Assembly (NCBI GenBank): GCA_964016885.1
Contig: OZ024740.1
Location: 104,346,001 to 104,410,000, forward strand
Direction: 5' to 3'
Length of the DNA: 64,000 nt
DNA from: Eledone cirrhosa
Lineage: Eukaryota
Part shown: piece by piece, positions 57,901 to 64,000 of the stretch
Position numbering within the stretch: the first letter of the stretch is position 1
Layout: each line of letters starts with the position of its first letter
Program-made: the position numbers and the translations under genes
The notes under the pieces: model-generated
The model's input: the letters and a program-made list of their open reading frames with translations, nothing else
The model's database searches: none
Told to the model about the DNA's origin: nothing

Positions 57901-60900
57901 TATACGCTGTGTCTATCTACTCAACATCTACACACCGTGTCTAGGTACGGAATATCTACACACTGTGTCTATCTACTCAACTTATACACACTGTCTATCT
58001 ACTCAATATATACACACTGTGTCTATTTACTCATTATCTACACACTGTGTCTATTTACTCAATATCCACACGCTGTGTCTATCTACTCAACATCCACACA
58101 CTGTGTCTATCTACTCAACATCTACACACTGTGTCTATCTACTCAACATCTACACACTGTGTCTATCTACTCAACATCTACACACTGTGTCTATCTACTC
58201 AACATCTACACACTGTGTCTATCTACTCCACATCTATACGCTGTGTCTATCTACTCAACATCTACACACCGTGTCTAGGTACGGAATATCTACACACTGT
58301 GTCTATCTACTCAACATCTACACACTGTGTCTATCTACTCAATATCTACACACTGAGTCTATCTACTCAACATCTACACACTGTGTCTATCTACTAAACA
58401 TCTACACAATCTGTCTATCTACTCAACATCCACACACTGTGTCTATCTATTCAACATCTACACACTGTGTCTTTCTACTCAACATCTACACACTGTGTCT
58501 ATCTACTCAACATCTACACACTGTGTCCATCTACTCAACATCTACACAGCGTGTCTATCTACTCAACATCTACACACTGAGTCTATCTACTCAACATCTA
58601 CACACCGTGTCTATCTACTCAACATCTACAAACTGTGTTTAATTACTCAATATCTACACACTGTGTCTATCTACACACCGTGTCTATCTACTCAACATCT
58701 ACACACTGTCTATCTACTCAATATGTACACACCGTGTCTATCTACTCAATATCCACACACGGTGTCTATCTACTCAACATCTACACACTGTCTATCTACT
58801 CAATATCTACACACCGTGTCTATCTACTCAATATCTACACACTGTGTCTATCTACTCAACATCAACACACTGTTTTCTATCTACTCAACATCTACACACT
58901 GTGTCTATCTACTAAACATCTACACACTGTGTCTATCTACTCAATATCCACACAGTGTGTCTATCTACTCAATATCTACACACTGTGTCTATCTACTCAA
59001 CATCTACACACTGTGTCTATGTACTCAACATCCACACACTGTGTCTATTTACTCAATATCCACACACTGTGTCTATTTACTCAATATCCACACAGTGTGT
59101 ATATCTACTCAATATCCACACGCTGTCTATCTACTCAACATCTACACACTGAGTCTATCTACTCAACATCTACACACTGTCTATCTACTCAATATCTACA
59201 GACTGTGTTTATCTACTCAATATCTACACACTGTGTCTATCTACTCAACATCCACCCACTGTCTCTATCTATTCAACATCTACACACTGTCTCTATCTAC
59301 TCAACATCTACACACTGTGTCTATCTACTCAACATCCACACACTCTGCGTATCTACTCAATATCTTCACACTGTGTCTATCTACTCAACATCTACACACC
59401 GTGTCTATCTACTCAACATCTACACACTGTGTCTATTTACTGAATATCTACACACTGTGTCAATTTACTCAACATCTACACACTGTGTCTATCTACTCAA
59501 TATCTACACACTTTGTCTATCTACTCAACATCTACACACTGTCTATCTACTCAATATCCGCACACTGTGTCTATCTCCTCAACATCTACACACTGTGTCT
59601 ATCTACTCAACTTCTACACACTGTCTATCTACTCAATATCTACACACTGTGTCTATTTACTCAATATCTACACACTGTGTCTATTTACTCAATAACCACA
59701 CACTGTGTCTATCTACTCAACATCCACACACTGTGTCTATCTACTCAACATCTACACACTGTGTCTATCTACTCAACATCTACACACTGTGTCTATCTAC
59801 TCAACATCTACACACTGTGTCTATCTACTCCACATCTACACGCTGTGTCTATCTACTCAACATCTACACACCGTGTCTATCTACTGAATATCTACACACT
59901 GTGTCTATCTCCTGAATATCTACACACCGTGTCTACTTACTCAATATCTACACACTGTGTCTATCTACTCAACATCTACACACTGTGTCTATCTACTCAA
60001 TATCCACACACTGTGTCTATCTACTCAAAATCTACACACTGTGTCTATCTACTCAATATCCACACACTGTGTCTATCTACTCAATATCTACACACTGTGT
60101 CTATCTACTCAATATCCACACACTGTGTCCATCTACTCAATATCCACACACTGTCTATCTACTCAACATCCACACAAGGTGTCTATCTACTCAATATCTA
60201 CATACTGTGTCTATCTACTCAACATCTACACACTGTGTCTATCTACTCAACATCCACACACTGTGTCTATCCTGCTCACCATCCACACACGGTGTCTATC
60301 TACTCAACATCTACTCACTGTGTCTATCTACTCAACATCTACACACTATGTTGATCTACTCAATATCCTCACACTGTCTATCTACTCAACATCTACACAC
60401 TGTGTCTATCTACTCAACATCTACACGCCGTGTCTATCTACTCAACATCTACACACTGTGTCTATCTACTCCACATCTACACGCTGTGTCTATCTACTCA
60501 ACATCTACACACTGTGTCTATCTACTCAACGTCCACACACTGTGTCTATCCTACTCACCATCCACACACGGTGTCTATCTACTCAACATCTACTCACTGT
60601 GTCTATCTACTCAACATCTACACACTGTGTTGATCTACTCAATATCCTCACACTGTCTATCTACTCAACATCTACATACTGTGTCTATCTACTCAACATC
60701 TACACGCCGTGTCTATCTACTCAACATCTACAAACTGTGTCTCTTTACTCAATATCTACACACTGTGTCTATCTACTCAATATCTACACACCGTGTCTAT
60801 CTAGTAAACATCTACACACTGTGTCTATCTACTCAACATCTACACACTGTGTCTATTTCCTCAATATCCACACACTGTCTATCTACTCAATATCTACACA

Positions 60901-63900
60901 CCGTTTCTATTTACTCAATATCTACACACTGTGTCTATCTACTCAACATCTACACACTGTGTCTATCTACTCCACATCTACACGCTGTGTCTATCTACTC
61001 AACATCTACACACTGTGTCTATCTACTCAATATCTACGCACTGTGTCTATCTACTCAACATCTACACACTGTGTCTATCTACTAGACATCCACACACTGT
61101 GTCTATTTACTCAATATCCACACACTGTGTCTATCTACTAAACGTCTACACAATGTGTCTATCTACTCAACATCCACACACTGTGTCTATCTGCTCAACA
61201 TCTACACACTGTGTCTACCTACTCAACATCTACACACTGTGTCTATCTACTCAACATCTACACACTGTGTCTATCTACTCAACATCTACACACTGTGTCT
61301 ATCTACTCAACATCAACACACTGTGTCTATCTACTCAACATCTACACACTGCGTCTATCTACTCAACATCTACACACTGTGTCTATCTACTCAATATCCA
61401 CACAGTGTGTCTATCTACTCAATATCTACACACTGTGTCTATTTACTCAATATCCACACACTGTGTCTATCTACTCGACATCTACACACTGTGTCTATCT
61501 ACTCAACATCTACAAACTGTGTCTATCTACTCCACATCTACACACTGTGTCTATCTACTCAACATCTACACACCGTGTCTATCTACTGAATATGTACACA
61601 CTGTGTCTATCTACTCATTATCCACACACTGTGTCTATCTATTCAACGTCTACACACTGTGTCTATCTACTCAATATCTACAAACTGTGTCTATCTACTC
61701 AACATCTAGACACTGTCTATTTACTCAATTTCCACACACTGTGTCTATCTACTCAACATCTACACACTGTGTCTATCTACTCAACATCTACACACAGTGT
61801 CTATCAACACAAAATTCACTCAATGTGTCTATCTACTCATTATCCACACACTGTGTCTATCTACTCAGTATCTACATACTGTGTTTATCTACTCAACACC
61901 TACACACTGTGTCTATCTTTCTCAACATCCACACACTGTGTCTATCTACTCAATATCTACACACTGTTTCTATCTACTCAACATCCACACACTGTGTCTA
62001 TCTTCTCAATATCTACACACTGTGTCTATCTACTCAACATCTACACACTGTGTCTATCTACTCAACATCTACACACTGTGTCTATCTACTAGACATCCAC
62101 ACACTGTGTCTATTTACTCAATATCCACACACTGAGTCTATCTACTAAACGTCTACACAATGTGTCTATCTACTCAACATGCACACGCTGTGTCTATCTG
62201 CTCAACATCTACACACTGTGTCTACCTACTCAACATCTACACACTGTGTCTATCTACTCAACATCTACACACTGTGTCTATCTACTCAATATCTACACAC
62301 TGTGTCTATCTACTCAATATCCACACACTGTGTCTATCTACTCAACATCCACACACTGTTTCTATCTAATCAACATCTACACACTGTGTCTATCTACTCA
62401 ACATCTACACACTGTGTTTATCTACTCAACATCTACACACTGTGTCTATCTACGCCACATCTACACGCTGTGTCTATCTACTCAACATCTACACACCGTG
62501 TCTAGCTACTGAATATCTACACACTGTGTCTATCTACTCTACATCTACACACTGTGTCTATCTACTCAACATCTACACACTGTGTCTATCTACTAGACAT
62601 CCACACACTGTGTCTATTTACTCAATATCCACACACAGTGTCTATCTACTAAACAACTATACAATCTGTCTATCTACTCAACATCCACACACTGTGTCTA
62701 TCAACTCAACATCTACACACTGTCTCTACCTACTCAACATCTACACACTGTGTCTATCTACACAACATCTACACACTGTGTCTATCTACTCAATATCTAC
62801 ACACTGTGTCTATCTACTCAATATCCACACACTGTGTCTATCTATTCAACATCTACACACTGTGTCTATCTACTCAACATCTACACAGCGTGTCTATCTA
62901 CTCAACATCTACACACTGTGTCTATCTACTCAACATCTACACACCGTGTCTATCTACTCAACATCTACAAACTGTGTTTATTTACTCAATATCTACACAC
63001 TGTGTCTATCTACACACCGTGTCTATCTACTCAACATCTACACACTGTCTATCTACTCAATATCTACACACCGTGTCTATCTACTCAATATCCACACACG
63101 GTGTCTATCTACTCAACATCTACACACTGTCTATCTACTCAATATCTACACACCGTGTCTATCTACTCAATATCTACACACTGTGTCTATCTACTCAACA
63201 TCAACACACTGTCGCTATCTACTCAACATCTACACACTGTCTATATCTACTCAACATCTACACACTGTGTCTATCTACTCAATATCTACACACTGAGTTT
63301 ATCTACTAAACATCTACACACTGTGTCTATCTACTCAACATCTACACACTGTGTCTATCTACTCAACATCTACACACTGTGTCTATCTACTCAATATCCA
63401 CACAGTGTGTCTATCTACTCAATATCTACACACTGTGTCTATCTACTCAATTTCTACACACTGTGTCTATCTACTCTACATCTACACACTGTGTCTATCT
63501 ACTCAACATCCACACACTGTGTCTATTTACTCAATATCCACACACTGTGTCTATCTACTCAACATCTACACACTGTGTCTATGTACTCAACATCCACACA
63601 CTGTGTCTATTTACTCAATATCCACACACTGTGTCTATTTACTCAATATCCACACAGTGTGTATTTCTACTCAATATCCACACGCTGTCCCTATCTACTC
63701 AACATCTACACACTGAGTCTATCTACTCAACATCTACACACTGTCTATCTACTCAATATCTACAGACTGTGTTTATCTACACAATATCTACACACTGTGT
63801 CTATCTACTCAACATCCACCCACTGTCTCTATCTAGTCAACATCTACACACTGTCCCTATCTACTCAACATCTACACACTGTGTCTATCTACTCAACATC

Positions 63901-64000
63901 CACACACTCTGCGTATCTACTCAATATCTACACACTATATCTATCTCCTCAACATCTACACACTGTGTCTATCTACTCAACATCTACACACCGTGTCTAT

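Larger units (their letters stand above)
4016..64000 (+). repeat. 28-bp tandem satellite array, consensus CTACTCAACATCTACACACTGTGTCTAT, ~2,150 copies, runs off the window end
   Basis: Continuous head-to-tail monomers in one orientation. Common variants are caac/caat, atct/atcc, actg/accg and a 26-bp form lacking one GT; rare 17-, 25- and 29-bp forms also occur. Confidence 0.99.

Noticed and set aside
3973-63716. Hundreds of long plus-strand ORFs (up to 746 aa) with a repeating LLNIYTLCLSTQHLHTVSIYSTSTHCVY peptide
   Set aside because: The G-poor 28-mer contains no TAA, TAG or TGA on the + strand, so all three frames are open and give the same 28-aa cycle. Most starts are non-ATG codons (mainly GTG) from the repeat. 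Frame-shifting 26-bp and 17-bp variants and random stops are tolerated, so there is no sign of coding constraint.
4016-64000. CRISPR array (repeat length 28 bp with a partial dyad)
   Set aside because: Monomers abut directly with no unique spacers, there are no cas genes, and the context is eukaryotic.
4016-64000. Telomeric repeat or ribozyme-bearing satellite
   Set aside because: There is no TTAGGG-like or G-run motif, and no CUGANGA/GAAA core on either strand of the consensus monomer.

Overview
Eukaryotic, repeat-only window with no intact protein-coding gene; the element types suggest an invertebrate such as a cephalopod (inference only). Bases 1-3.9 kb are retroelement remnants packed between (TA)n microsatellites. 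They comprise a type I hammerhead ribozyme motif on the minus strand (358-433) inside a probable Penelope-like element remnant, two copies of a tRNA-derived SINE, and a decayed RTE-clade LINE that keeps its endonuclease and 3' end but lacks the whole RT domain. The LINE shares a ~32-bp 3' tail with the SINEs. From ~4016 to the window end (~60 kb, roughly 2,150 monomers) lies one uninterrupted head-to-tail satellite with the 28-bp consensus CTACTCAACATCTACACACTGTGTCTAT, built by nested near-identical duplications of 0.4-9.5 kb. The hundreds of plus-strand ORFs in the track are artefacts of a stop-free monomer. All alignments and counts were done by eye, so boundaries are approximate.
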